Source: an uncultured Alphaproteobacteria bacterium (GTDB lineage: Bacteria > Pseudomonadota > Alphaproteobacteria > Rhizobiales > Hyphomicrobiaceae). Taken from it: a DNA stretch of 64,000 nt. The translations under genes were made by a program, and so were the position numbers. How positions within the stretch are numbered: the first letter of the stretch is position 1; each line of letters begins with the position of its first letter. A model generated the notes under the pieces. That model saw only the letters and a program-made list of their open reading frames with translations, had not been told where the DNA came from and ran no database searches. Where the stretch lies: positions 1,710 through 65,709 of the forward strand of contig CAWEBE010000045.1 of assembly GCA_963806735.1 (NCBI GenBank), written 5' to 3'. This document shows, piece after piece, positions 17,720-27,125 of the stretch.

Positions 17720-20198
17720 GGCCGAACCTCAAAGAGCCTAGCTACGAGCGACCATTCGTTCGCAGCAGAGGCTCCGCGACGAACCGCGGAGGACGGAGTT
17801 TTCAGCGCCCATAACGCCGCTGCCGCTAAGAGGTTCAAGACCCTCTCAACGGGACCTTCCATGGAGGAACTAACCGCAGTGGAACCGAGAAGACGGGCTC
17901 GCTGTTTTCCTTCTTCATCTGCAAGGCGAAGCAGGCGGGATGCGTATAGCCGCGCTTGACCTTGTACCAACGGACTCCGGTAAGTTTGTGACCGTCTCTG
18001 CCGGGTTCGCCGTTTTAATCCAAGATTCGCTTGCACCACGCGCAGCGCGTCGGGTCGTTCGCCATTGAAAGCTCTCCTAGTTGTGAAAGAGCAACATCCG
18101 TGAGCTGGGGCGGCGACAGCGGATCTGAATTATGAAAAAGAGCGCTTCAGATTCTATGCTTGGGTCTGCCCGATCCTGACGCGCATGGGGTCGATACCTA
18201 TGCGGTGTGAGCCCGTTGCAGCCGCTTTCCAGATCACGTGAAAGAGCTTCGAGCCGGTTGGCTGGAGTGAAGGCACCAGGCAACCACGGATCGCCATCTG
18301 TGGTTTGCGACGCCCTCGCCCCAGGCAAGTGCCTAGGGACCCACTATGGCAGCCTTCATTAGACCACGGTGAACTGGGGATAGTTAATGTGGGTGTGTGG
18401 ATAAGAGGCATGGGCCGGAGCTCTGACATGAAGATCACCGCGATGGTCAAAGTGGAGTTCGAAGGCGATCCGACCATGGACGAAATGGCGCTGAAAATGG
18501 CGCTGCAGCGAGCATTGAGCCATTTGTGCCTAACCATCGAGCATGGATCCCTATCTGGCAGACCCACCTCGATCAGAAAGGGGTCATGCAGGGCGGACCT
18601 AGTCGCCACGGAGTTCAACAACGTGAGCGTGCTACCTTGAAGGTATGGAAACCGTTGTCCGGGTCTTCTTGATGATCTCGGTCTCGGTGTCGTGCGTGGT
18701 TGGTGCACGATGGCTCTTCCAGGCGACTGAACGCCTCGCCTACGAAGCATACGTACCGACATACGTTGAAGTCCCAGTCCTCATCCCTGCATGGAAAGGA
18801 GCCGCGCCAATTGACGCGACTTCTTCGACTTCGAGTGTGTCGCTCTAACTCATCGATGCAGACGACCAGCGTCCAAGCTTGAGCTTGCGCACGAGGCCGA
18901 CGCCTGCAGGCGGGCGATGTCAACGGCGCCGTCCGCATCTATGGCGCCCGCACGGTTCAGTAGCCCCGACCGACTCTAATGCCTCGCGTTTTCTCGCGGC
19001 AACCTTGCCAGGCTTAGTTGCGGTCACCAGCAGCAACGTCGGCGCCCATGGATGGAACCGGTCTTGGTTCACGGACGAGGCGACGCCGGCGCTTCATGCG
19101 GCGGACGCGTCGGTGGGTTGGCGCACGGCTGACAGCCATCACGTCGAATACGTGAGGGCTCTGGAGCGCCGGCGCCCTTATCTCCAATTCGGGCACGCTG
19201 GATCTGACAGAAGATCGCTTAGCTTTGCGGCTTTCAATGTTCTCGGAAATGCCCATCAGCATGAGGAGGATGGTGCCTGCAAATATCCAACCTGCCATAC
19301 CGACGAGGTATTGGTCGGACGCCGTCCAGCAAGCGTGAGCACCAACATAGGGCAGGAGCGGACAGAGTTGGTCTGACATCCACAACGCCAAACTTTCCAC
19401 GCGCTCTTGAGCCAACCCGCGTCCCCCTCATCGAAACCGCAGTACGTGGCGGGACCATTATGGTTAACGACAGTCTATCTGCGCAATAGGGGCGATGCGA
19501 TGGGTTCGCCTCGAAACGGGTGCGATTGCATGTCGGAGGGCATCCTGTCCCAGCCACATCGACAGCAAACACCCCACGCCCGGCACAGGCGTGGGGTGCG
19601 CAATGCTCGGGGCCCTCGATGGGGGGACAGGGCACCCATCTAGTGGAACGGGGGAGGAAATCACTAGACTGATCCGATAGTGTCCTTTGTTTCAGTCCGT
19701 TCCAACATTTCGTTGTCAAATTGGTTGCCGAGGCCAATGTATGCGTTGTGCCTGCGTCCCTACCCTTCATCAGGCTTGAGATACGGAGATCCCGCGACCA
19801 TAGAGCTCGCTAAGAGCCTCAATACCAGACTGCTGGAGTGCGCCGCCCGTCTTGAGGCCGAGCGACGTGCGGGCGGCTGGGCTGTTGCGGGAAGCCACGA
19901 CCGAAATCGACCGCATGCGTCGCCAACGCGACGACCTGATTTCCCACCTCAAAGGCCTCTCTCGTCAGATCGCCGAAATGGTGCACGCGGACAGCTAAGG
20001 AGTAGGAATGACGACCAACGACGTCGCCGAACGGGCAAGTGAGGCTCAGGAGCCCCTGTTTCGGCTCGACTTGACCTGTCTTGTCATGCACGAGGCCGAG
20101 TTCCCGCGGCACAAGTTCGCAGACATGCGCGTAAGCCTCGCCCAGCTGGCGCAAGAGCAGTGCCTTGCCTTGCGCAAGGCCCTATGGGGTGACAGTCA

Positions 20199-20531
20199 AT
20201 GCCCGTAGCTCCGGCGGCACTGGCCTTGGCGGCTTTGCTTGTTGGGTCCACGGTGGCGGCCGCACAGACGCCAGCCCTCCAAGTGCTCCCGCCCCACGAG
20301 TACTCAAGGTTGCCCGAGGATGCTCAGGTGTTATTCCTCGCTGGAGTGCTCGAAGGCATAGCGTTCACGAGCTACTTGCGCCCCGATTACACGCAATGGA
20401 CCGATTGCGTTCGCAAGGAACCGTTGGAGACCCTTCTCAAGGAGGTCAACGCCTCCGTCGGGATAGGTGCGCAGGAGCCAATACCCTGGCTCGTCGTTCG
20501 GGCGCTCGCTGCACGAGGCTGCCCAAAGTAG
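20199..20531 (+). CDS. 110-aa secreted protein (hypothetical)
   Basis: Signal peptide MPVAPAALALAALLVGSTVAAAQ. Overlaps the end of ORF 20008..20208 by 10 nt. Confidence 0.4.
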   Translation: MPVAPAALALAALLVGSTVAAAQTPALQVLPPHEYSRLPEDAQVLFLAGVLEGIAFTSYLRPDYTQWTDCVRKEPLETLLKEVNASVGIGAQEPIPWLVVRALAARGCPK

Positions 20532-20915
20532 CAGCATTGGCGCGGGGGTAAGTCTGATTTCCAGGACGTCCCGAAGGAGTTTCGTCCATGCTCCGCCTAC
20601 ATGCCGTTGCGCTGGCCGTAGGGAGCGCCAGCACGGGCGCCGTGAAATCGACAAATCGTTTTGCCCCCTTTCGAGCCGGAGACTGGTAGCGCTGGCCGAT
20701 TCGTCCGCTGCGGTCAGGATTGGCGCAATCTGATTGCCGCTCAGCGGCAGTCACAAAGCGGCACTGTGAGAAAAGGGTGTGTCGGCTCGGGCCAAAAGAC
20801 CCCAGGACCGGCCGTCCCGGCCATCCTATTGGACCGTTGAAGGTAGGCTAGCGACAACTGCTCCGAAGTCAGGGCGCGTTCGAGCAGTCGGATCAACTCA
20901 CCACAGGAGCAACGG

Positions 20916-21371
20916 GTGAAGGTTGCAAACATTCTTGCGGCAAAAGATCCACGCGTCATCACGATCAGGCCATCGGACACCATCGGCGCGCTGTGCGAGC
21001 GCCTACGCGATCAGCGCATCGGTGCGGCGATTGTGAGCAGCGATGGACAGACGGTCGAGGGGGTCATTACGGAGCGAGATGTGACCTATGGCCTGGCCGT
21101 GCACAAAAGCGATCTGTACGCGCTGCCGGTTTCGGCACTCATGACCACGACCGTGATCACGTGTTCTCCGAGCGAGAAGGTTTCGCTCGTCGCATCGACC
21201 ATGCTGGCACGCAATATTCGACACATTCCAGTCGTGGAGGGCAAGCGCCTTGTTGGCATGATCAGCATCCGCGATGTCTTGAACTGGCGTGTCAACGAGC
21301 TCCAACAGGAGACCGGCGGATTGCGCGCGTTTGCAAGCTTGAGGGACCGAAATGGACCCATGGATCGATAA
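20916..21371 (+). CDS. CBS-pair domain protein
   Basis: Two CBS motifs (..IGAAIVSSDGQTVEGVITERDV.. and ..RHIPVVEGKRLVGMISIRDV..). GTG start with AGGAG upstream. Confidence 0.9.
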   Translation: MKVANILAAKDPRVITIRPSDTIGALCERLRDQRIGAAIVSSDGQTVEGVITERDVTYGLAVHKSDLYALPVSALMTTTVITCSPSEKVSLVASTMLARNIRHIPVVEGKRLVGMISIRDVLNWRVNELQQETGGLRAFASLRDRNGPMDR

Positions 21372-21414
21372 CAGGATCAACGTCCGTTTTCGTTCGTCAT
21401 CTGACGTACAGTAC

Positions 21415-21745
21415 TCAGCCGCACACGGCGAATAAGTGCCAGTTTCGGCTCCTTGGCTTTTGGGGATTCTTGGAGCGTCCGAAGCGCGCAACGACGGCCG
21501 CCATCCACTGATTATCCGCGGCCGCCTCCAGAGCTTCGAGGCGCCAATAGGTTGCCCAATGCATGCCGCGTGGCTTCGGTGGGAACTCCTCCAGCCGAAC
21601 CGCCGAGGCGCCGCCGGATCTTGCGGGCGCGTCGGTTGGCGCGCTGGGCGCGGCTTTCAAATTGGCTCTTGTACGGGAGCCCATGGCACAGCCGGCCTGA
21701 CTACGGGGGAGCTCCTCGCGTGATTAAGAAACCCCGCTGAGCGGG
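21415..21745 (-). pseudogene. Truncated, frameshifted member of the PRGMHWATY zinc-ribbon family
   Basis: RLCHGLPYKSQFESRAQRANRRARKIRRRLGGS is in one frame and AVRLEEFPPKPRGMHWATYWRLEALEAAADNQW in another. The N-terminal CPGC half is absent. Compare the intact copy at 49193..49657. Confidence 0.55.
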
Positions 21746-21953
21746 AACCGGACCTCCGTAGGTGCGGCGAATTTGCACCTGTGGGCTGATACGGAGGCCA
21801 ACATGAAGCAGCAGTATCCGACCCGAGGACCTGGCTCGTGGGAGCCCATCAGTGCAGGATTGGGCAAGGCGCTGGAGCGTCTAGCAGACGAGTACCAGAA
21901 GCGTACCGATGAGTGGTCGGCTGCGCGCCGACATCGCAGACGGGGAGATAGTC

Positions 21954-22214
21954 ATGAGCAACCACGAGGCGGGAGCGCAGAGGTCAAGTCTGCTCGCATT
22001 GCAGACGATCGTTAGCTACGTATTTGCAGAGCTGGCGAAGGTGGACCCGAAGCTGAATGCGGCAATCAAGAAAGGTTTTGACGACGCCGCGATGTCTGCC
22101 GAGGTGCTGGCTTTGAAAGACGGGAAGGGTGAACGGGGGCAATCGGCGTTGATTGCTCTAGACATCATTGAAAAATTTCGAGCGATTACTTTTAATGAGC
22201 CAGAGAAGAAATGA
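21954..22214 (+). CDS. 86-aa helical protein (hypothetical)
   Basis: ATG with GGGGAG upstream. MSNHEAGAQRSSLLALQTIVSYVFAELAKV.. Followed immediately by a terminator. Confidence 0.4.
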   Translation: MSNHEAGAQRSSLLALQTIVSYVFAELAKVDPKLNAAIKKGFDDAAMSAEVLALKDGKGERGQSALIALDIIEKFRAITFNEPEKK

Positions 22215-22215
22215 G

Positions 22216-22243
22216 AGCCCCGCTTCGGTGGGGCTTTTGCTTT
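22216..22243 (+). terminator. Rho-independent terminator-like hairpin between convergent small genes
   Basis: AGCCCCGC-TTCG-GTGGGGCT (one G-U pair) followed by TTTTGCTTT. Confidence 0.6.
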
Positions 22244-22432
22244 CACCAGCCCTTGTCGCGCTTCAGTTGCTGTAGACCTTCCAGCTCTTGAAGAAGTGCT
22301 TGAACCATCTCTGGGTTGGCAGTGGGTCTAATTTTGCCGGATGTCCTCCTCGCCTCTTTGTATGGCTTTTTCAGTTTCCGTGATTGCTTGAGCCAGTTCT
22401 TCGGGTGAGGTGATGGTGGATAGGTCACGCAT
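22243..22432 (-). pseudogene. Small coiled-coil protein split at a T4/A4 run
   Basis: MRDLSTITSPEELAQAITETEKAIQRGEEDIRQN* in one frame. ..IRPTANPEMVQALLQELEGLQQLKRDKGW in the ORF-track frame. The junction is at 22332-22335. Confidence 0.3.
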
Positions 22433-22502
22433 TGCGTACTCCCAAATCTATTTCCCCCCAGTCAGTCGCGCTGCGCTGGATGCCAACTTCGAGGCCCTAA
22501 CG

Positions 22503-23144
22503 TTAAGCCCTCAGCGCATATTGCTGACCGCTTCCCATATGAGATGGCCGGTTGCGCGTTTCAACGTGTCCAGCATCAAACATCTCAACTTGATTGCCCC
22601 AAGCGTCCCAGCCTCTGCGCGACATCCTTGAGAACATCTCCAGGTACGGACCGCGCGTCAGTCGTTCGATCCGGCCATAAATTTCTTCTGGCTTGCGGCT
22701 GTGCTCGCGTCGCGGTGAAATTACTAGCCGGCGAACATCCTTCGCCATGCGCGGTGGCGAACCTCGCGTCGCCAGCAGGCATTGCTCGACGTTGGCGCGC
22801 GACCAGTAGCCGAGGCCCGTAAAGAAATCATCCGTCGATAAAGCTTTCAGGTCGGCACGCTTGTTCGTCTTGGCCCAATAGAACCCGACTGTCTTGTACG
22901 TGAACCCCCACGCCTGGATCAGTTCCATTGCCTTCGGAAGTAGCGGGTCTGTGGCCCACAAAAAGAGTACGCAATCCTTAGCGGCCCATCGCTGCGGCTC
23001 AAGAGCGGTCAGGCCCGCGAAGTCCATGCACTGGTAGTGAGAGACCGCGTTACGGCCCGTGCCCTTCTCACTGTAGTTTTTGAAATTCCATGGAGGGTCC
23101 GAATAGATGACGCCGTACCGCTTAGTGGGCGTTGAGCAGATCAT
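22503..23144 (-). CDS. MT-A70-family N6-adenine DNA methyltransferase
   Basis: YGVIYSDPPWNF (DPPW catalytic motif), ..CVLFLWATDP.., ..REHSRKPEE..; 213 aa. Confidence 0.9.
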   Translation of the reverse strand: MICSTPTKRYGVIYSDPPWNFKNYSEKGTGRNAVSHYQCMDFAGLTALEPQRWAAKDCVLFLWATDPLLPKAMELIQAWGFTYKTVGFYWAKTNKRADLKALSTDDFFTGLGYWSRANVEQCLLATRGSPPRMAKDVRRLVISPRREHSRKPEEIYGRIERLTRGPYLEMFSRMSRRGWDAWGNQVEMFDAGHVETRNRPSHMGSGQQYALRA

Positions 23145-23781
23145 GCACGCGATCCTTAAAGTAGGTGTTCACCTGCTCAACCGCCTCCACTACAGGGTAT
23201 TGGAAGTGATCGTCCAGATCCTCTCTGATTAGAGAAATCGGGGCAGGAATTGACCGGACGCCATAGTAGTAGATGATCTTGGCTTCGGAATGGTCGACCG
23301 CGTGACCACGCGCGCCGCCGTAGCTTTTCAACAGCACATGCGTGCAGATAAGGTCGCGCATGATAGACCTCACCTTACCAGCATCGTGATCGCCGTTACC
23401 GCGCTTTACTTCGTAGGTTCTGAGCGAACGATTTACGTTGTCATATACAACGATATCCACTTGAACCGTTCGCTTCGCTTCACCGTAGGGAAGCTGCGAT
23501 TTGAAGCAGTCCTCGCGTGAGCTACTGTGCACTAGTCCGTCAGCTGCACCTGAGACTGCAAAGGTCGGGTCGCTCCAGACATCCAACCGATTGTTGTCGC
23601 GCAATCGCTCGAACAGCGCCGCCTCAAGGATTTTGCCATGTCTCTTGTAAGCGGAGCTTACGATGCTGGTAGATCGCGCATACCGGCTGCCGGCAATTGG
23701 ATCGTCGCGAAATGATTTAACCGATAGCCGTCTTACGGTTTCATCCACGAGCGGCTTCACTCTATCAAAACACACTGACAC
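23122..23781 (-). CDS. Putative PD-(D/E)xK restriction endonuclease partner
   Basis: 219 aa. RTVQVDIVVYDNVNRSLRTYEVKRG gives a D..(n)..E-x-K arrangement. Its 3' end overlaps the methyltransferase start by 23 nt. Confidence 0.55.
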   Translation of the reverse strand: MSVCFDRVKPLVDETVRRLSVKSFRDDPIAGSRYARSTSIVSSAYKRHGKILEAALFERLRDNNRLDVWSDPTFAVSGAADGLVHSSSREDCFKSQLPYGEAKRTVQVDIVVYDNVNRSLRTYEVKRGNGDHDAGKVRSIMRDLICTHVLLKSYGGARGHAVDHSEAKIIYYYGVRSIPAPISLIREDLDDHFQYPVVEAVEQVNTYFKDRVHDLLNAH

Positions 23782-24148
23782 AGAACGCCCCGTCCCCGAT
23801 TAAAGAGAAATCTAAGCACGTCCCCAGGGATCTGACAAAGCCCTGATCCGAGTGCGGAGTGTGTTATGCTGATCATTCGGGCGTAATTACCGGGGGAAGT
23901 TGGAGGGGAAGGCGTGCCCTGTCGATCCAAACTTGCTGCGCTTCTTCTGGTTATGGCCGCTCCCTCTATCATGGACTTGATGCTCTTGGGGTTGAGGCTG
24001 CCATGCTCATTGCCGTGGCTGGCATCGGCAATCTCCGCGCAGTCCTACGCAAAGTCTTCCACCTGTCGGTCACGGGATTTGGCGATGCAAGCGTACCTTG
24101 GCGACGACTGAAGGTAGTATCTAAGTCCGCTTAAGCGAGTGCTGTCGC

Positions 24149-24556
24149 ATGAGTACACCTGAGTACGATTGGCATGACGTCTACAGCAAGTACGTCGATC
24201 TGGTCAGCAACGCGAAAGACCGTGACGTCATCCGGGATGCTGCAGACCTTCCGTATCCACGGAAAATCATCAGAGCTACGATGCTCGAATTCGTGCGTGA
24301 GGAAAAAGACCACCAGAAACGAGAGCTGATGAAGACGCTCTACCTCACCATCGCGAACTTTCAGAGCATGACCACCCAAGAGCGAGAGGCGGTTCAGATC
24401 ATGAGCCGGCTCGACCCCGCTCTGCCGGACGCCGAATTGAAAAACCTAGCCAAGCGCATCGCAACTGCGAGCGACGTGTATCAAGCAGTGCTTCGGCGGT
24501 ATGAAAGCGATCTTCAGCAGCTGAACGGGGACTTGAACACACTCCCGTCAAGCTAA
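24149..24556 (+). CDS. 135-aa all-helical protein of unknown function
   Basis: Longest ORF in the lower-GC stretch right of the R-M pair. No motif recognised. Confidence 0.45.
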   Translation: MSTPEYDWHDVYSKYVDLVSNAKDRDVIRDAADLPYPRKIIRATMLEFVREEKDHQKRELMKTLYLTIANFQSMTTQEREAVQIMSRLDPALPDAELKNLAKRIATASDVYQAVLRRYESDLQQLNGDLNTLPSS

Positions 24557-24889
24557 GGCAGGTCGATCGGTGCCCATGCGCGCTGCTGCTGTGTAACAGC
24601 GCACATCGTCAAACATCGTGATTCCTCGCAAACACATCCGTACCCAACTAACCACCCACGTCGGGCCGAAGCTTCGTTGGCCGGCTGTACAGGACGACGA
24701 AGCCCTGCTCCGCTAACAGCATACGGTAGTGCGGCTTGAGGCTGGCGATCGCGCCTCCCCGAGATCCCATCCAAGGTCCGAGACGGCAAATTTGGGCCGG
24801 TAGTTTCTCGAACGCCTCACCCTCATGGCAGAGAACGTGGATCAGGCCGTTTGGGTGGCCCCGATCCTCATTCCCGTTTGCCCGCCTTT

Positions 24890-25084
24890 TTAGCGCGACG
24901 AGGTCTTTGATGCGCGACGCCGCCGAGGGCGGTCTTCGTGAGCCGCAGGCTTCTGATGTGCAACCGTCTTAAATGCCAGCTCAAACTCGCCCTCGTTCCG
25001 TGTCACTTCCGCCTTCTTGGCGGCTTCTCTAAACCGCTTGAACTGCTCGGCTGGAGAGAGTTCTAGCTCTTTGGGCTTTGGCAT
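24890..25084 (-). CDS. 64-aa Lys/Glu-rich protein (hypothetical)
   Basis: Internal ATG: MPKPKELELSPAEQFKRFREAAKKAEVTRNEGEFELAFKTVAHQKP.. Resembles small proteins seen on rhizobial plasmids/ICEs (memory only). Confidence 0.4.
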   Translation of the reverse strand: MPKPKELELSPAEQFKRFREAAKKAEVTRNEGEFELAFKTVAHQKPAAHEDRPRRRRASKTSSR

Positions 25085-25354
25085 AGTTCGTAATGATAGG
25101 TGATTTGGGCTCCGGCTGCGAGAGGCATAGAATTGGTGTGCGGTGGCTTTGGTCTCCTTTTCAGCCGCCGCAATCACTGCCCTGACCTTGGCCTGTGTTG
25201 CTCTAACAGCGCAGGCCTTTTCTTTGCCGCGCCCGACGGGCCGGCCCGAGCAGTATCACCTTTGGGAGTTGGCAAGATGGGTTGTATAGTGGCTGGCGTG
25301 ATCGATTTCCATTCTATCCCCGCGTAATGCGTTGGTATCGATCACGACGCCTTT

Positions 25355-25381
25355 GGCCCGCTAAGGATGCGGGCCTTTTTC
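25355..25381 (+). terminator. Rho-independent terminator-like hairpin
   Basis: GGCCCGC-TAAGGAT-GCGGGCC followed by TTTTT. Confidence 0.6.
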
Positions 25382-25418
25382 ATTCACTCACCTTTGGCTT
25401 CAGCACCATTAAGATCAG

Positions 25419-26075
25419 TCAGAAACCCACACCTTTCAGCCCACTATCGGTCCATTCCTCTGCCGTGCGCACGTAACGGGCAACCAGCTCAGCCGTCTTG
25501 TGGCGGCTGCGGCTCCTGATCTTCCACTCAGGCTTGCCGGCAATGGCGGCTGCCGTGCAGAAGCCGGCGCGCAGACTGTGGCCGCTGCATATGCGCGCCA
25601 GCTCGTCGGCGTCAGCTTCGCTGCGGCCTAGCTCCAGAGCACGCTCGCGCACCCGGGCCTTGATGATGCGCGCCACGCTGCGATCGGACAGCCGGCCGGC
25701 GCCGATCTGGCCGCCCTTGATCACCTCGCGGAAGACGGGTTGCCCCGGCTCCAGCTTGGCGATGGCGGCCCACTCGTCGAGCGCATCGCAGGCGGTCGGC
25801 ATATCGGCGCACGGCACGATGACCTCAACAGGCTCGCCTTTGCCGCCCTTGGTGCTGAGCAACGTGATGACGATGCCGCGATGATCCTGCGTCAGATATC
25901 CGTCGCCGGTGCCTTGGCGCTTCCAATCCAGCCCGACCAACTCGGACCGACGCAGCGCGGCGGCAAAGCCCAGTGCCAGCAGCAGCCGGTCGCGCGCATC
26001 GATGGCGCTGCTGCCGAGGCCAGCGCGAAGAACTTGTCCTCGGCGCGCTCGCGCATGTTCGACATCTCAATCTGA
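25419..26075 (-). pseudogene. Tyrosine recombinase/integrase, C-terminal catalytic domain only
   Basis: ..RDRLLLALGFAAALRRSELVGLDW..ICSGHSLRAGFCTAAA..RSRHKTAELVARYVR (R, HxxR and Y catalytic residues). The frame closes at about 26075 and the N-terminal domain is missing. Confidence 0.8.
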
Positions 26076-26317
26076 AAGTCATTCCACGCTGCTGGTTCGT
26101 TCGCGAGGTCATTGATCGGCACCCGGAGCTTCAGGATCTGCACTAGTAGCTATCGCCAGGGCATCCAGGCGGGCGAGCATTTCATGTGCGAATTCTGCCA
26201 CAATGATGGGTCATCGCTGCCTGCCCATGTAGCGCCTCTGATCCTCTGACCATTGACCGCGTGTACATCTCCCGCGTGACAGCGTCGCTGTCATTCCGGG
26301 ACGGCCGGCGCGGCTGA

Positions 26318-27112
26318 CTAACTTTTCGTAGCGGCCCCGGGGCGGCTGGCATCAGCAGCGGTCGCAAGCTTGAGAGACAAAAGCTCTGCCGGTTTGAAGT
26401 AGTACAATTGCTCCTTTGGCGTCTCCATGGCGTAAATCCACACGGCGAGATCGACGCCCATATCGCGAAGGTACTTCTGGCACAGGGCGGAGACGTGCTG
26501 CGCTCCGGCCATGTCTGCGGAGCCGACGTCGAAGGCGTAAACCTGATGCACGCCGATGGCAGCATTCTTCCCGGCAACCCGCTGCACGCCACCCGCGAAC
26601 ATCAGCGGACATGACGAGGCACAGTAAGTGCCGGCGGCAACTTCCGTGGAGAAGCCCTTCTCGCGAATGAGGCGACCCATGTGCAGCGCGTCCTGGACGG
26701 AGCCGCCCGGTGAGTGCAGCACCACCGTCTTCACGTAAGATCCGCGCTTGTCGATCTCCTCTGCAAAGGCCCTCGCAATGCCCGGTGTAATCGTGCCGGT
26801 CGCGAGCAGCCGTCCGTCTGCTGCCAGCTCGAACGACATGGCCTCGCGCAGCCTGGCGGTCGGTATGCGCACAGGCAATTTAGGGGCGCTTTCGCGGGTG
26901 TGCTTGGTAGGAGGAAGCGGCTCCGGACCTGGCGCTTCCCGTGGGTGCAGGTCGCGCTGCCTCAGAGTGGCATCAAGCTCCGCATAATCGAGCGCGACGA
27001 CAGCGACGGTCGCGGCCATGAGCGCGTAAAGGATCCAACGCAGAACAAGCTCGTCGGGCCGATGGGAAAGCCAACGGATGATCGCGCCCTTGCCGCGCTC
27101 GCTGGCAGCCAT
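26318..27112 (-). CDS. Membrane-anchored periplasmic protein with a ClpP/NfeD-like domain (COG3904-like)
   Basis: 264 aa from an ATG with AGGAG ~6 nt upstream. TM LVLRWILYALMAATVAVVAL. VVLHSPGGSVQDALHMGRLIREKGFSTEVAAGTYCASSCPLMFAGG...IGVHQ (family recalled from memory). Confidence 0.6.
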   Translation of the reverse strand: MAASERGKGAIIRWLSHRPDELVLRWILYALMAATVAVVALDYAELDATLRQRDLHPREAPGPEPLPPTKHTRESAPKLPVRIPTARLREAMSFELAADGRLLATGTITPGIARAFAEEIDKRGSYVKTVVLHSPGGSVQDALHMGRLIREKGFSTEVAAGTYCASSCPLMFAGGVQRVAGKNAAIGVHQVYAFDVGSADMAGAQHVSALCQKYLRDMGVDLAVWIYAMETPKEQLYYFKPAELLSLKLATAADASRPGAATKS

Positions 27113-27125
27113 CGCTCCTGCCCCC

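Noticed and set aside
26076-26320. tRNA or attachment site expected next to the integrase remnant.
   Set aside because: I could not find a T-loop/acceptor-like sequence (GGTTCGAATCC type) or any cloverleaf here or elsewhere in the window. A tRNAscan run would be the proper check.
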